Virus record (IMG/VR): IMGVR_UViG_3300025949_000001
Location: 32,001 to 96,000 of that record
Reading direction: 5' to 3' (one strand)
DNA: 64,000 bases
Source of the DNA: a virus
Below the pieces are notes generated by a model that was not told where the DNA came from, ran no database searches, and saw only the letters and a list, made by a program, of their open reading frames with translations. Positions 10,964 to 21,626 of the stretch are shown in pieces (the first letter of the stretch is position 1; each line of letters opens with the position of its first letter). Made by a program: the position numbers and the translations under genes.

Positions 10964-11650
10964 GACGCTGCCGCCCCGGCGAGACGGGGGTCGGCCGGGG
11001 CGGCAGGCCCGAATGTTCCGGGCATCGGGCGCGCCGATCGCGGGGGGCGTGGCTGGCGCGCAGTTTCGAGACTAGCGCGCCGATACGACGCGGCGGGTGC
11101 GTTTGTCGCAGGGCCGTGGTTCCATCAGCGCATGGCGATCGCCGAGGACTGGCCGTGGCTGCTGCTTGACGCACTGGACGCTACGGCGCAGCAGAGCGCG
11201 CAGTTGCACCTTGACCTGTGCCCGTTCTGGCAGGGCGATCCGTGCTCGTGCGGGGTGCCCGCGACGATCGTCGCGGTGCGCGACCGGGTGTTCGCGCAGG
11301 CGGGTGACCGGATCGCGGAAAGGGTCAGCCAGACGCCGGCGGCGTGAACTCCACGGGCGGCGGACTGTGCCTCGGGCAGTCGCGGCAGGGCATGTGGATG
11401 GAGATCAGCGCCGGGTCGTGCCCGGTGCGTCGCGCCGCCAGCGCCCGCAGATGCTCGCCCAGTTCCCGGTCGGTGAGTGCGGGCGGCCACGGGAACACGG
11501 ACGGGCCGCCGGGCAGTGTCAGCTCGAACAGCCGCCATCCGGCCAGTTGCGGGTGCTCGCAGTAGGCGCCGCGAAGGCGCAGCAGGCGGAAGAAGTCGTC
11601 CGGGTGCATCGGGATGCGCGCCGAGGCGTGTTGCGTCCGGGCCCGTGCAG

Positions 11651-12238
11651 TCACCGGCGGCGGTCGCGAATCTGGTAGACCCGCTCGCGGGAGAGCCCCG
11701 TGTGTCCGCTGACCACAGAGACGGGGACCCCCTCGGCGATAGCGGCGCGGATCGCGTCGTCGCGTCGCGCCGTCTGACGGTCGTGGAGGGCCACGTCGGC
11801 CTGCGCTGCCACGAGCTCGTTCACCTCCGGCGCTCGCTGGCTGGTGTCAAGGGGAACGACGTGGGCGGTGAGCGTGTCGACGATGCCCTGGATCTCTCGG
11901 ACGGCCCGCTCGACGTCGGGACCGGTGGCTCGGTCGGGCCGGGCACGGACGTCCTCGGTGTGGATGGTCTCAGCGATCGGCGCGGCGGCCGTGATGATCT
12001 CATTGAGCTGTTCGACGGTCGGCTGGCCCGGGATCGGCCAGTAGCGCGTGTTGGGGTCCTGCTCCTTCGGCCTGTCTGTTGCGCGCGGGAGGCTGTAGCC
12101 GACGCGGAGGGTGTCGTGGTAGCCGTCGAGGATCAGCATGACGGCCATGGGGACAATGCCGTGGGTGCGGTTGCGTTCGTAAATGTCGGCTTCGCGATCC
12201 GCGTTGTCGTTGTCGAGGTACTCGATGTGGAGTGCCAT
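11651..12238 (-). CDS. Hypothetical protein with C-terminal HTH
   Basis: RRDDAIRAAIAEGVPVSVVSGHTGLSRERVYQI; RBS. Confidence 0.7.
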   Translation of the reverse strand: MALHIEYLDNDNADREADIYERNRTHGIVPMAVMLILDGYHDTLRVGYSLPRATDRPKEQDPNTRYWPIPGQPTVEQLNEIITAAAPIAETIHTEDVRARPDRATGPDVERAVREIQGIVDTLTAHVVPLDTSQRAPEVNELVAAQADVALHDRQTARRDDAIRAAIAEGVPVSVVSGHTGLSRERVYQIRDRRR

Positions 12239-12264
12239 GGCCTTCCCCCATCCGCCGCCACACC

Positions 12265-12323
12265 GTGTAGCGCGCTACACATATACTCCCGCTACGGGAT
12301 AAGGCTGTCAAGCGTGCTACACA
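12265..12323 (-). promoter_or_regulatory. Palindromic operator and promoter upstream of the HTH gene
   Basis: Perfect palindrome GTGTAGCGCGCTACAC (12265-12280); partial second copy at 12311-12323 next to TTGACA on the minus strand. Confidence 0.6.
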
Positions 12324-12344
12324 TCCGCCCATGACTGGAACAGC

Positions 12345-12380
12345 AAAACGCCCCGGTCGCAACACACTCGGCCGGGGCGT
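12345..12380 (-). terminator. Intrinsic terminator
   Basis: ACGCCCCGGTCG...CGGCCGGGGCGT stem, followed by a T-run on the minus strand. Confidence 0.6.
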
Positions 12381-12577
12381 TCGCTCGGGCCCGACCACCA
12401 TCCGTGGCGCGCGGCCAAGCCCTCATCGCGGGCGGGGCGGGCGCGCCGGCTCTCGGTTGCCGAAACCGGCCGGTACGTGCCGCCACGGGCGGTGACCGGT
12501 CTACCCCTCGCTGATGCCTGCCCCTAGTGGGAGTCCTGCGTGCAGGCTACCGCGCTGCACGGATGGCGGCGTCGAGA

Positions 12578-15500
12578 TCAGCCATAGCGTTCCTCCATCT
12601 CGCCGACGATCGCGTGCATCGCGTCCAGGCCCGCGTTGATCTCCGCGTCCAACTCTTCGAGCGTGCGCGTACTCGGCGACAGGGACCGCCGGTACTCGTC
12701 CCGCCGCTGCGCGCTGGTGGCCAGGTGCTGCTCGCACAGGTCGAGCAGTTCCCGGACCTGGCTGGGGTGGACGTCGGCGGTCTTCCACCCGCACCGGCAT
12801 TGGCCGCGCTTTCGGCTGTGGTCGGTGGCGTGCATGGCGATCGTGGCATCGCAGTACCAGGTCCAGTCCGGGCCGGTGGCGAGGACGCGGATCGGGGGCG
12901 GAGCGTCAGGCATGGCGCCAGTGTCGCATTGCCTATTTCAACTCGACATTCCCGCGCCAGGGTTCGAGCGCCGCGGTCCGCAACTCCTCGGGAAGCGTCT
13001 CGGCGGCCAGGCCGATCGCGGCGCCGAGCTCGTTGGGTTCGTACATGCCGTACCAGGCGATGCCGGGCCGGTCCACGACCGGCATGACGCGCGCCCGGCC
13101 CTCGGGGATACGGCACCAGCCGAACCGGCCGCGTCCGGTGGTGCGCCCGTCCTGCTGCCACGCCCCGAGCCAGGCGAGCAGCGCCGTCCACTCGCCGTCG
13201 GGCGTGCGCGCCCACGCGAGCGCGACCGTGTCGGTGTGGCCGCCGCGTCGGCGCGGGTCGGGGTGATTGAGATTGTTCACGCGCAGCCGCTGGGCGCCTC
13301 GTACCGCGATCAGGTGTGGCGGCGGGGGCGGGAGTTCGGACAGCGGCGGATCGTCCACCCACCTGCCTCCGATGTCGGCCACTTATCGAGCCTACGCAGT
13401 GCGCGCCTCCACCGCCGCCGCACCAGCCATCCGGGCGTACGGGACGGCTTGAGCCCGCGAACGGGGCGCAGGAACGGCGGCCAGTGGCTCGGCGCGCACC
13501 CGAACTCTGGCGCGCTCACCAGGGCCGATCTCGATGTCGGTCCAGCCACTCCCAGACAGCCCACCAGGCGAGCCACAACACGGTCAGCGCGCCGATGACG
13601 ATGCCGCACCACTCGTACGCGGTCAGGATCGCGCGGGCCTGGCGGCGGGTGCAGTTGTGCATCAACTCGCACGTCGGCGGAAGGATCACGGCGCTGATGG
13701 TCACGGCAGGCCGCCGATGGCGTCCGGGCGCCCGGCGACCGGCAGGCTGATCCACCGCCCGCCGTCGCCGAGCCGCCAGATGGCGCTGACCCGCCCGTCA
13801 TGCTCGCGTATGTGGACTTCGCCGGTCGGCAGCGCGTCGTCGACGAGGAGCGGGATGCCGAGCAGCGAGCCGAGCGGGTTGCGCAGCGGTGACGGCCCGC
13901 CTTTTGGGGCGCCCGCGATCAGTGCGTCCAGGGTCGCGCCGTCGCTCACGGCGATCTCGCGCGGTAGCGGGGGGCACGTCGGCGAGCGGGCCCTCGAGTT
14001 GGGCGAGCAGGCCCGCGTACATCGGCGGCTCAGTCATGTGTGGCGTCCTCAGCCCGTTCGCGCCCGTCGAGCGAACGGTGCACGATCAGCCAGCCCATCG
14101 AGCCGTCCTCGCGTTTTTCCGGGCGCACCTCGGGGCCGCACACGCAGTCGGGTTCGCCGGTGGAGGTGTCGTGCTCGACCAGGTCGCCGACGGGCCGCAC
14201 GTGCAGGATGTCGGTCATCGGGCCGCGCTTCGCAGCCGGGCCCGCGCGTTCTCCATGGCCCTCGCCAGCACTGCGGCGGCTTCCCGCTCATCGCCGGGCA
14301 CGCGCACCGCAGCGTAGAACCGGCCGCCGCCCACGTCGGTGACGCGCTGCCATTCGACTGTCGGCTGGTGGTCGAGCAGTTCCTCGATCAGTTCGTCGCA
14401 GAACGCCGCAGCGCGGCCGGGGGCGATGTTGTAGTCGGCGTAGGCGAGGTTGAACTGGTGGGTCGGCACGTCAGCCGCCTTCCGGGTGCGCGTACTCGCA
14501 GTCGGGGTTCTGGCAGGCGTGCTGTCCGATCGAGGGCGCGTAGATCATGGGTAGGCCGTCGGCTGGGCAGGCGCAGGACTCGTCGCAGCGGTGGGTGCGG
14601 CGCTCGGCTTCCGGGACAGTCGTGAGCGCCAGGTCGAGCGGGCCGTAGATCCTCTCCCATGTGCGCGCCGAGACCATCGACGGCGGCCAGGGCGTCTGCC
14701 GGTCCGCGGTCATGGCGCACCTCGCAGCCGCATCTTGATCCGGGTCCATCGCGGGATGTGCCCGAGGCACCAGTACCGACTGCGGTTCGGCCAGCCGGTC
14801 TCGAACGCCAGGAAGCCGGGGTTCATCCGGCCGCAGCGCGAGCACGGGTACGTCTTCACGTCCCTCCCCTGGCGGCGTCTCGTTCGGCCCGGTGCGCGGC
14901 CCAATCTTCGGGCCACTTCGCGAACTGCTGCGGCTCGATCGGCGCGCGCAGTTGGCGTATCGCTTCGCCGACTGGCACCGGGCGGTATGTGCCGTCCGAC
15001 TGGCGGGCGCCCTCCAGGAACCACGCGGCGGCCCCGGCGCGGGCTTCGTGGGCTCGGCGTTCGCCGTCGATCAGGCGCCGTTCCTCTTCGAGCGTGGCGT
15101 CCAGGTGCTGGTTCTCGGCGCGCAACCGGTCGCGTTCGGCAAGCAGTTCGTCCGCTTCGACCTCGGCGCACCGGTGACAGTGGGCCGCACCGCCGTCTTC
15201 GCAGCGTTCGCCGTCGCAGGGCTCGCTCGCCCCGATGGAGCACAGACGCCTGCACGGCCCCGCCGATCTGCACCGCGGCGTCGCGCCAAAGCCGGTCTAG
15301 CGCCCGCTGCGGCACCAGGCGCAGCCACCACGGCAGCGTGATGTAGTCCGCGGCGATCAGGTCCGCGCCCGCTGACTCGGTGGCCAGGTCCCGGATCTCG
15401 TACGGCAGTCGCAACGGCCCCTGGTCGGCGATCGAGTCGTGTTCGGCGCGTCGGCATGCCCGACGGTGCGCGCAGTACTCGCTGCGGGTGCCGTCGGCGT

Positions 15501-15854
15501 GCAGGATCGCGGAGCGGGTGTTGTGGGCGACACGCCTGCCGCAGTGCGTGCAGCGGGGGCGCTTGCCGACGAACTCGGCGGCCGGGTCGCGTGCGGTGCG
15601 GGTCTCGGGGGTCACTCCACGCCCCATCGGGCCAGCGCGTCCATCGCGGTGAGATCGGGGACGACCTGGTTGCCGTACGGGCCCGTGGTGGCGTTGGCCA
15701 TCACCCGGATCGCGCACCACATCACTAGGCGCTTGGGCAGTTTCCAGACGAGCCGGAGCATCCACTTCTCGGCTTTTCGCTTGGCCCAGTACTTGAGTTC
15801 GGTCATGTCGCTCTCCGGTGGGGCCGTCAAGGTGTGGTGCTGGTGGCGTGCCAA
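12578..15854 (-). CDS. Run of small hypothetical genes (e.g. 12578-12913, 12933-13382, 13701-13949, 14030-14218, 14215-14469, 15612-15854)
   Basis: Coupled minus-strand ORFs with codon bias; individual boundaries uncertain. Confidence 0.5.
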
Positions 15855-15885
15855 TTCTCGCAGGCCGCGCCCACAACGCGGGCGG

Positions 15886-17184
15886 TCACGCCGCCATCTC
15901 CCGTTCGCCGACGGCCGTGCGCGCCATGGCCTTGAGGCAGTCGATCACCGCGAGGCAATCCCCGAGCGCCCGGTGGCCACCGTTCAGCGGCTGCCACCTG
16001 TTGTTGCCCCAGTAGTCGGACCATTCCCCCACCCAATCCGAATAGGGGATCATGACGTCCTCGGCGCGCAACTCCGCAGCGAGCCACGCGTCCGGGCCGA
16101 CATCGATCAGCCACAGTTCGTGGCGCACGCGGCCGACGTCGTAGCCCTCGTTGTAGATCAGTACGCGCCTTCCGTGCACGGCCGCCGTCAACCTCGGCAG
16201 TATCTGCGCGAACGTGGGCGCGTCGGCCACCATCTCGTCGGTGATCCCGTGGATCGCGGTGGCTTCGGCCGGGATCGGCTCGCCGGGGTTGATCAGGGTG
16301 TCGAGCAACACCTGCCCGGCGCCGGTGACGACGGCGATGTCCACGATCCGCGCCTCATCGTGCAGGCCGGTGGTCTCGGTGTCGAGGATCACCGTGTTCG
16401 GGTCGGCGAGCGCCGCGGCGGCCCAGGCGGCGAGTTCTTGGACCTCGCGGCGGCGTGCTTCCCGCGCGGCGCGCTCGGCCGCCTGTGCGGCGGCGCGTTC
16501 CTGCGCCCAGCGCGCTTCGCGTTCGGCGCTGAGCCGGGCCTGCTCGGCGCCGTGTGCGGCCTGGCAGGGCTCGCAGCGGCGTTGCCAGCGGGCGATGGCT
16601 GAGCGGGTCTCCAGCGCCCAGGCGAGCACTTCCCGCTTGGTCGCGGTGCGTTTGCCGCAGCCGCCCGCGCACCGGATCGCCGCCCGCAGCAACTCTTCCT
16701 TCTTCCGATTGCGTTCGGCGACGCAGAACCGGCACAGCCGTTGCGTGTTCCACGCGCCCACCAGGATCTGCGGGTACGGCTTCGAGCCGACGCGCCGGCA
16801 GCCGCCGCAGGTGCGCGCCCAGCGCGCCGCGGTCTTGGCCCGGTCGGCGGCGGCGCACTTGCCGCACTGGCGCCCGTGGATGACGTACTCGCGGACCTTG
16901 CCGCAGCGCGGGCAGGTGCGCCGCGCCCTCCACGCCCACTCGTCGCCGACCGAGCGAACGATCGGGGCGGCGTCGGCGGGTTCGTACAGGGCGCGCCGCT
17001 CGTCCGGGTGGTAGTAGGGGATCACGTAGCAGACGGGCCGTTGGCCGGGTGCGGGTTGCAGGCGTATCGCGGCCAGTCGGGTGACGGTGCGCAGATGCGC
17101 CGGGGCGGTGCCGTGCTTGTACAGCGGCAGGCCCAAGTAGGTGCCGATCGGTGCGGAGGCGGGTGCGGTCTGAATGCCAGTCAC
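15886..17184 (-). CDS. DEDDh 3'-5' exonuclease (DnaQ-like) with N-terminal multi-CxxC Zn-binding region
   Basis: ILDTETTGL, IYNEGYD, GHRALGDC motifs. Confidence 0.9.
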   Translation of the reverse strand: MTGIQTAPASAPIGTYLGLPLYKHGTAPAHLRTVTRLAAIRLQPAPGQRPVCYVIPYYHPDERRALYEPADAAPIVRSVGDEWAWRARRTCPRCGKVREYVIHGRQCGKCAAADRAKTAARWARTCGGCRRVGSKPYPQILVGAWNTQRLCRFCVAERNRKKEELLRAAIRCAGGCGKRTATKREVLAWALETRSAIARWQRRCEPCQAAHGAEQARLSAEREARWAQERAAAQAAERAAREARRREVQELAAWAAAALADPNTVILDTETTGLHDEARIVDIAVVTGAGQVLLDTLINPGEPIPAEATAIHGITDEMVADAPTFAQILPRLTAAVHGRRVLIYNEGYDVGRVRHELWLIDVGPDAWLAAELRAEDVMIPYSDWVGEWSDYWGNNRWQPLNGGHRALGDCLAVIDCLKAMARTAVGEREMAA

Positions 17185-17190
17185 ACGGCT

Positions 17191-17213
17191 ATCGTCGCAG
17201 GTGGCACCGACAA
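17191..17213 (-). promoter_or_regulatory. RecA-NDp/PafBC-type DNA-damage promoter motif (leaderless)
   Basis: TTGTCGGTG-8 nt-GACGAT-6 nt-GTG. Confidence 0.55.
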
Positions 17214-17285
17214 GCACGCCCGTCTACGGCGCTTTCCCGCGGGTCGAGGGCAAATCCGCTGCGAGCGTCGGCTTGGTGCGGATCT

Positions 17286-17597
17286 CTAGCCGCGCCGTCG
17301 GCCGTCGGCATGGTCGAGCGCGGCGCGTCCCGCGTCGGTCAGCACGGCCGGCGTGTACCTCGGTCCGGGTACGCCCGGCTCGGCCAATCCCTCCCCCTCG
17401 ATGACGTTCATGGCGCTGTACATCGGCCGGAATCCGGACGGGCGCGACGGGTCCGCGATCCACCAGTTGGAATAGCGCCGGTTGGGCTTGGAGACCTTTC
17501 CCTCGGCGATGGCGCGCAGGATGGTGAGCTGGTATCTGGTCAGTTTCACCGGCACGGCGATCTCCTCGGGCTCGCTCGCGGGACGCGGGATGGTCAA
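17286..17597 (-). CDS. Hypothetical protein (winged-helix-like)
   Basis: LTRYQLTILRAIAEG...LTDAGRAAL. Confidence 0.55.
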   Translation of the reverse strand: MTIPRPASEPEEIAVPVKLTRYQLTILRAIAEGKVSKPNRRYSNWWIADPSRPSGFRPMYSAMNVIEGEGLAEPGVPGPRYTPAVLTDAGRAALDHADGRRRG

Positions 17598-17848
17598 TCC
17601 TCCCGCAGGGCACTGACACTCACAGCGGCCGTCCGGCGCTTAGCCGCAGCGCTAGACGCGATCTACGGCGCTCCCCACGGCGCCCGGGGATGATGAGGGC
17701 GCTGTGGGCGCTGGCTTGGTGCGGAATTCCAGGCGTCCGACGCAGTTGATGTTCTGGAAGTCGCCGTCCGCGACGTCGATCCAGTGTCCGCTGTCCGGGT
17801 GGCCGTCCACGACGATGCGCCACTGGTGGCCGGGCGCGGGGTTGTCGG

Positions 17849-18703
17849 TCACGCGTCGGCACCCCTCTGCGCAGCGGGCTCGGCCGCCAGGTCATCAAGC
17901 GCCAGCAGCTCCCACGAGTCCGTCTTACGGTAGGACGACGACCCGGCCGCGGCGGGATCGGCGTCCAGTCCAACCACGGTAGTCCACGAATCCCCCGCCG
18001 AACGGATCTGGTCGCGGTACGGGTAGTGCAGGTGGCCGTGCACCAGCAGCCGGGGGCGCAGCGCGGTCACGGCGCGCTGGATGCGGTCCTGGTTCGGCCA
18101 ACACTCGGGCAGGTCCTTGCGGTTCCAGCGCGGGTCGGAGGCGCGCGGCTTGTCGTGGGTGAGCATCACGTCCACCGGGCCCGGGTCGGCCAGGGCGGCG
18201 GCGAGCTGCTCGTCGGTCAACTCCTCCTCGGGGAACCACAGCGTCCCGGCGGCGTCTGCGGGGGTGCGGCTGTACCGCGCCGCAGCGCGCTCGAGCTTGA
18301 GCGTCTTCTCCCGCTCTGCGCGCACCCGCCAGGGCTTGTCCACGCTGTACGCGCCGCCGAGGGCGATGAACCGCACGCCGCCCCAAGTCCAGCGGTGCCC
18401 GCGCGGGGCGTATCGGACGTGCTCGGAGATGACGACGAAGCCTTCGTCGTCGGTGGCGGTGTGGTCGATCAGGCTGGAGCGGTCGTGGTTGCCGTCCAGC
18501 CACCAGATGGTGCGCCCGGCTTTCGCGGCGAACTTCTCGACGTCGCGCAGGAACGCCCGGCCGTCGGCGGTGTGCGGCCAGTAGCCGAAATCCCCGAGTT
18601 GGAACAGGTAGGTCGCGTCGTGGCGGTTGGCGGTGTCGAGCAGGTGGCGCAGGTGCGCGAGGTTGCCGTGGGTGTCGCCGACCAGCAGGACGCTCCCGCT
18701 CAC
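17849..18703 (-). CDS. Calcineurin-like metallophosphoesterase
   Basis: GDTHG, GDFG, GNHD, THD, HGHLH motifs. Confidence 0.9.
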   Translation of the reverse strand: MSGSVLLVGDTHGNLAHLRHLLDTANRHDATYLFQLGDFGYWPHTADGRAFLRDVEKFAAKAGRTIWWLDGNHDRSSLIDHTATDDEGFVVISEHVRYAPRGHRWTWGGVRFIALGGAYSVDKPWRVRAEREKTLKLERAAARYSRTPADAAGTLWFPEEELTDEQLAAALADPGPVDVMLTHDKPRASDPRWNRKDLPECWPNQDRIQRAVTALRPRLLVHGHLHYPYRDQIRSAGDSWTTVVGLDADPAAAGSSSYRKTDSWELLALDDLAAEPAAQRGADA

Positions 18704-19100
18704 GCCGGCCCTCCCGGTTGCGCGGCGTGCATGTGGTCGATCGCGACGTCGGCGTGCCGCCACACCCGCACGAGGCGCCCGCCGGGCCGGCCGTGCCCGT
18801 CGGTGCCGTCGGCCATCAGGGCGGTGCGTTCGGCGCGCAGCGCGATCTCGTAGCCGCACGCGGCGGTGCCCTGCGCGCCGCTGCCGACCAGCGCCGCGCA
18901 GGTGCCGTGGTCGCCGTGTTTCGGCGCGGGGCCTTCCTCGGCGTCGTTCTCGTAGCCCCTCGCGAGCTGGTCGATCCTGGCCCGGATCTCGGCCGGGTCG
19001 TCGCGTGTCGCGGGTTGCAGGCGGCGTTCGTTCGCGCCGGCCACGAGCGCGGCCACCTGCGCCGGGTCCAGGCGCTGCGGGTTGTAGTTGTCGGCGTCGT

Positions 19101-19292
19101 TCACGACTGGGTCCTCCGCGGATGCGAGCGCGTCAGGGTCGCGAGATGGGCCTCGACGGCGTCGATGACGACGGAGGACATGCTGCGCCCCGCATAGCGG
19201 CAGTGGGCTTCGAGTGCGGCCCACACGTCGGCGGGCCTGCCCGGTGGCACGGAGATGTTCTTGCGTTGCGTCGCTGGCACGTTTTCCGGCAC
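19101..19292 (-). CDS. Ribbon-helix-helix-like small regulator
   Basis: KNISVP...VWAALEAHCRYAGRSMSSVVIDAVEAHL. Confidence 0.55.
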   Translation of the reverse strand: MPENVPATQRKNISVPPGRPADVWAALEAHCRYAGRSMSSVVIDAVEAHLATLTRSHPRRTQS

Positions 19293-19348
19293 GCCGTGAG
19301 TATCCCCGAAGGCGCCCACATTCTTTGTGTACCGCCCGGCCGGTCCGG

Positions 19349-19897
19349 TCACGGCACGAGCACCGCCAGGTCGACCAGGCGGAACGCCATCGCCTCGTAC
19401 GGCACCTGGAACAGCTTGTGCAGGTCCGTGACCATCCGCTCGCGATCGGACGCGGTCGTGCGCCCGCCGAGCCACACCGCCAGTTCCCGCATGATCGCGG
19501 CCTCGGGCATCAGCAGTCCGGCGGCGAAGCGGTTAGCGGCGCGCTCCTGCGCCATCGTCGCCGTCGAGGAGACGGGTAGGCCGTTCGGGGCGCGGATCGC
19601 GTGGTCGATGCACAGGTCGTATTCGTGCAGCAGCGCGTGCCCGAGGCCGTGGGCCAGGGCGAAGCGCTGGCGGGCACGCCCGTGGGCGCTGTTGACGCCG
19701 AGGATGACGCTGCCCTGTGCGTCGCGGGCCGTGAAGCCAACGGCGTGCGTGCCCTCGTGTTTCTTGCCGGCGCGGCGCATGCCGCACTGCTGGACGAGGG
19801 TGTCGACGGGGATGGGGATGTTCAGTGCGGGGTGGTGCGTCGCGAGGACGCGTTCGGCTTCGCGGGCTGCCGAGGCGGCCACGGTGCGGGCGGCCAC
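19349..19897 (-). CDS. ImmA/IrrE-family metallopeptidase-like protein with HExxH changed to HGxxH
   Basis: RQRFALAHGLGHALLH and ERAANRFAAGLLMP. Confidence 0.85.
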   Translation of the reverse strand: MAARTVAASAAREAERVLATHHPALNIPIPVDTLVQQCGMRRAGKKHEGTHAVGFTARDAQGSVILGVNSAHGRARQRFALAHGLGHALLHEYDLCIDHAIRAPNGLPVSSTATMAQERAANRFAAGLLMPEAAIMRELAVWLGGRTTASDRERMVTDLHKLFQVPYEAMAFRLVDLAVLVP

Positions 19898-20181
19898 CGG
19901 TCAGTCCTCGCCGTCTTCGTCGTCGTGGCCGCAGGGCCGGTTGAAGAACCACACGAACGCCCCCAGCGGCGGCGCGATCAGGAGTTTGGAGGCGCGCTGC
20001 CCGTCGCAGGCGTCGACGGCCCGCGGCAGCCGCCAGCGGGTGACGCCCCAGGGCGGCCAGTACTGCCAGCGGCGGGCGTACACGCGCCCCCAACCGGCCC
20101 AGGAGTACGGGGCGCGGGTGTCGTCGAGGTTCTGGTTCGGGCGGCGCCACACGACCATGCGCGACGGAGGCTCGGGTCCGG

Positions 20182-20664
20182 TCATGGCCGCACCGCCGCG
20201 GTACCCGCGCCCTCGACCCAGCCGGGCACGACCGTGACCGGGATTCCCTCGGACCGCCACAGCTCGACGATCGCCGGGTTGTCGTCGTACGCGTGCACCG
20301 GCCGGTACTGCTGCCGGATCTTCGCCAGGATCTCGCGCTTGACCACATGGTCGGGCCGGTAGTCTCCGTTCGCCCGCATCCACATCGCATCCGAGGGCAC
20401 GCCGTGCAGGGCGAGCCAGAACGCAGTGGAGTTGCGGAGCCGCGCCTCGCGCGCGGTCACGACCAGCACGGCGCGGGCCGCTGCGTGTTCGGCGCGGGCG
20501 GCGTCCACGACCCAGGCGTTCGGGGGGCAGTTGACGGCGTCGCGGTGGAACGCGTCGAAGTTCTTGCGGTAGCCGTTGGCGGGGCCGCCGAGTACGTGGT
20601 GCCGGATGGCGCGCACGTCGCACAGGGTGCCGTCCATGTCGAACAGGACCGCCTCGGGCAGCAT
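20182..20664 (-). CDS. HAD phosphatase (PNKP 3'-phosphatase-like)
   Basis: FDMDGTL, VTAR, RPDHVVK, YDDNP. Confidence 0.85.
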   Translation of the reverse strand: MLPEAVLFDMDGTLCDVRAIRHHVLGGPANGYRKNFDAFHRDAVNCPPNAWVVDAARAEHAAARAVLVVTAREARLRNSTAFWLALHGVPSDAMWMRANGDYRPDHVVKREILAKIRQQYRPVHAYDDNPAIVELWRSEGIPVTVVPGWVEGAGTAAVRP

Positions 20665-21626
20665 CAGGGCGCCGCCTTCGCGACGGTGTAGTGCTCGGCG
20701 CGCACGCGGTAGACGCCTCGGGCGACTCGGACCACGAACCCATCGTTGGCGGCGTCACTGAGGAGCTGGTACGCGGCGCCGAGCGTCTTTCCGGTTCGTT
20801 CGGCTAGCGACGGGGCCGTGATTGGGCCGATCCACCCGGCGAGCAACGCCCGATACTGCTTCGGCTGCGGCGTCCTGGCGCGTCGTGGCTGGCGCGGTTT
20901 CAGCGCCCTTCGCTTTCGCGACGTCTCACGTGCGCAGGCGCGGCAATAGCGTTGGCCGTCGTACCATCGCGTGTTTTCCTCGGTCCACTCATGGCCGCTG
21001 CCGCACGCTGTTGCCCGAGTCAGTGACTTCGTGGCCGCGACGGAAGCCGTGCGCTTCGCTATCCACTCGGGCGACTGCTTCCTGCCGCATAGGGAGTCGC
21101 TCCGCTTTCGCAGCGTCTTCGCGCTGGGTTTCTTTCCCATGTTCGCGGCGGACAACTTCGCGCGCGTCTCGGGCGACCTGGGTTTGCCAATCTTGGCTTG
21201 AGCACTCTTACGTACAGACTCGGATGCCATTCGCCATGTGCCCCCTGAGACGCCGCCCGTGGACAAGTTGAGCAACGGCGCACCCGCGAGTCGCAGGCGT
21301 TCGATGTGCCGCCTTTCGGCGGCGTCTAGGCCGGTAGCGGGTATTGGCCCCTCGATGAGGAGGATTCCCGGCACCGCGCCGGCCTCGGCGAGCTCGGCAA
21401 TCCAGCGGCATACGGGCCGGCTCGGCGAGCGGCGGTCCGCCAAATGCCCTTTCAGCCTGCGCTTCAGTGCTTGACGCGTCTGGCCGACGTACCGGATGGT
21501 CCCATCGATGTCGCGAAGCCCGTAAATGACGCCCATGCCAGGCGTCGGCTTCGCCCGTTCCGCGTCGCAGGAATCAGCTTGCATACATCTATTATCGCAG
21601 GTAGCGCCGACATTCCGAAGGTTCAT
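20664..21626 (-). CDS. GIY-YIG homing endonuclease with NUMOD3-like repeats
   Basis: VIYGLRD..IRYVGQT; SPETRAKLSAANMGK; start at 21626 (ATGA-coupled) or 21584 (leaderless). Confidence 0.85.
   Translation of the reverse strand: MNLRNVGATCDNRCMQADSCDAERAKPTPGMGVIYGLRDIDGTIRYVGQTRQALKRRLKGHLADRRSPSRPVCRWIAELAEAGAVPGILLIEGPIPATGLDAAERRHIERLRLAGAPLLNLSTGGVSGGTWRMASESVRKSAQAKIGKPRSPETRAKLSAANMGKKPSAKTLRKRSDSLCGRKQSPEWIAKRTASVAATKSLTRATACGSGHEWTEENTRWYDGQRYCRACARETSRKRRALKPRQPRRARTPQPKQYRALLAGWIGPITAPSLAERTGKTLGAAYQLLSDAANDGFVVRVARGVYRVRAEHYTVAKAAP
21591..21613 (-). promoter_or_regulatory. RecA-NDp/PafBC-type promoter motif for the GIY-YIG gene
   Basis: ATGTCGGCG-8 nt-GATAAT-6 nt-ATG. Confidence 0.5.
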
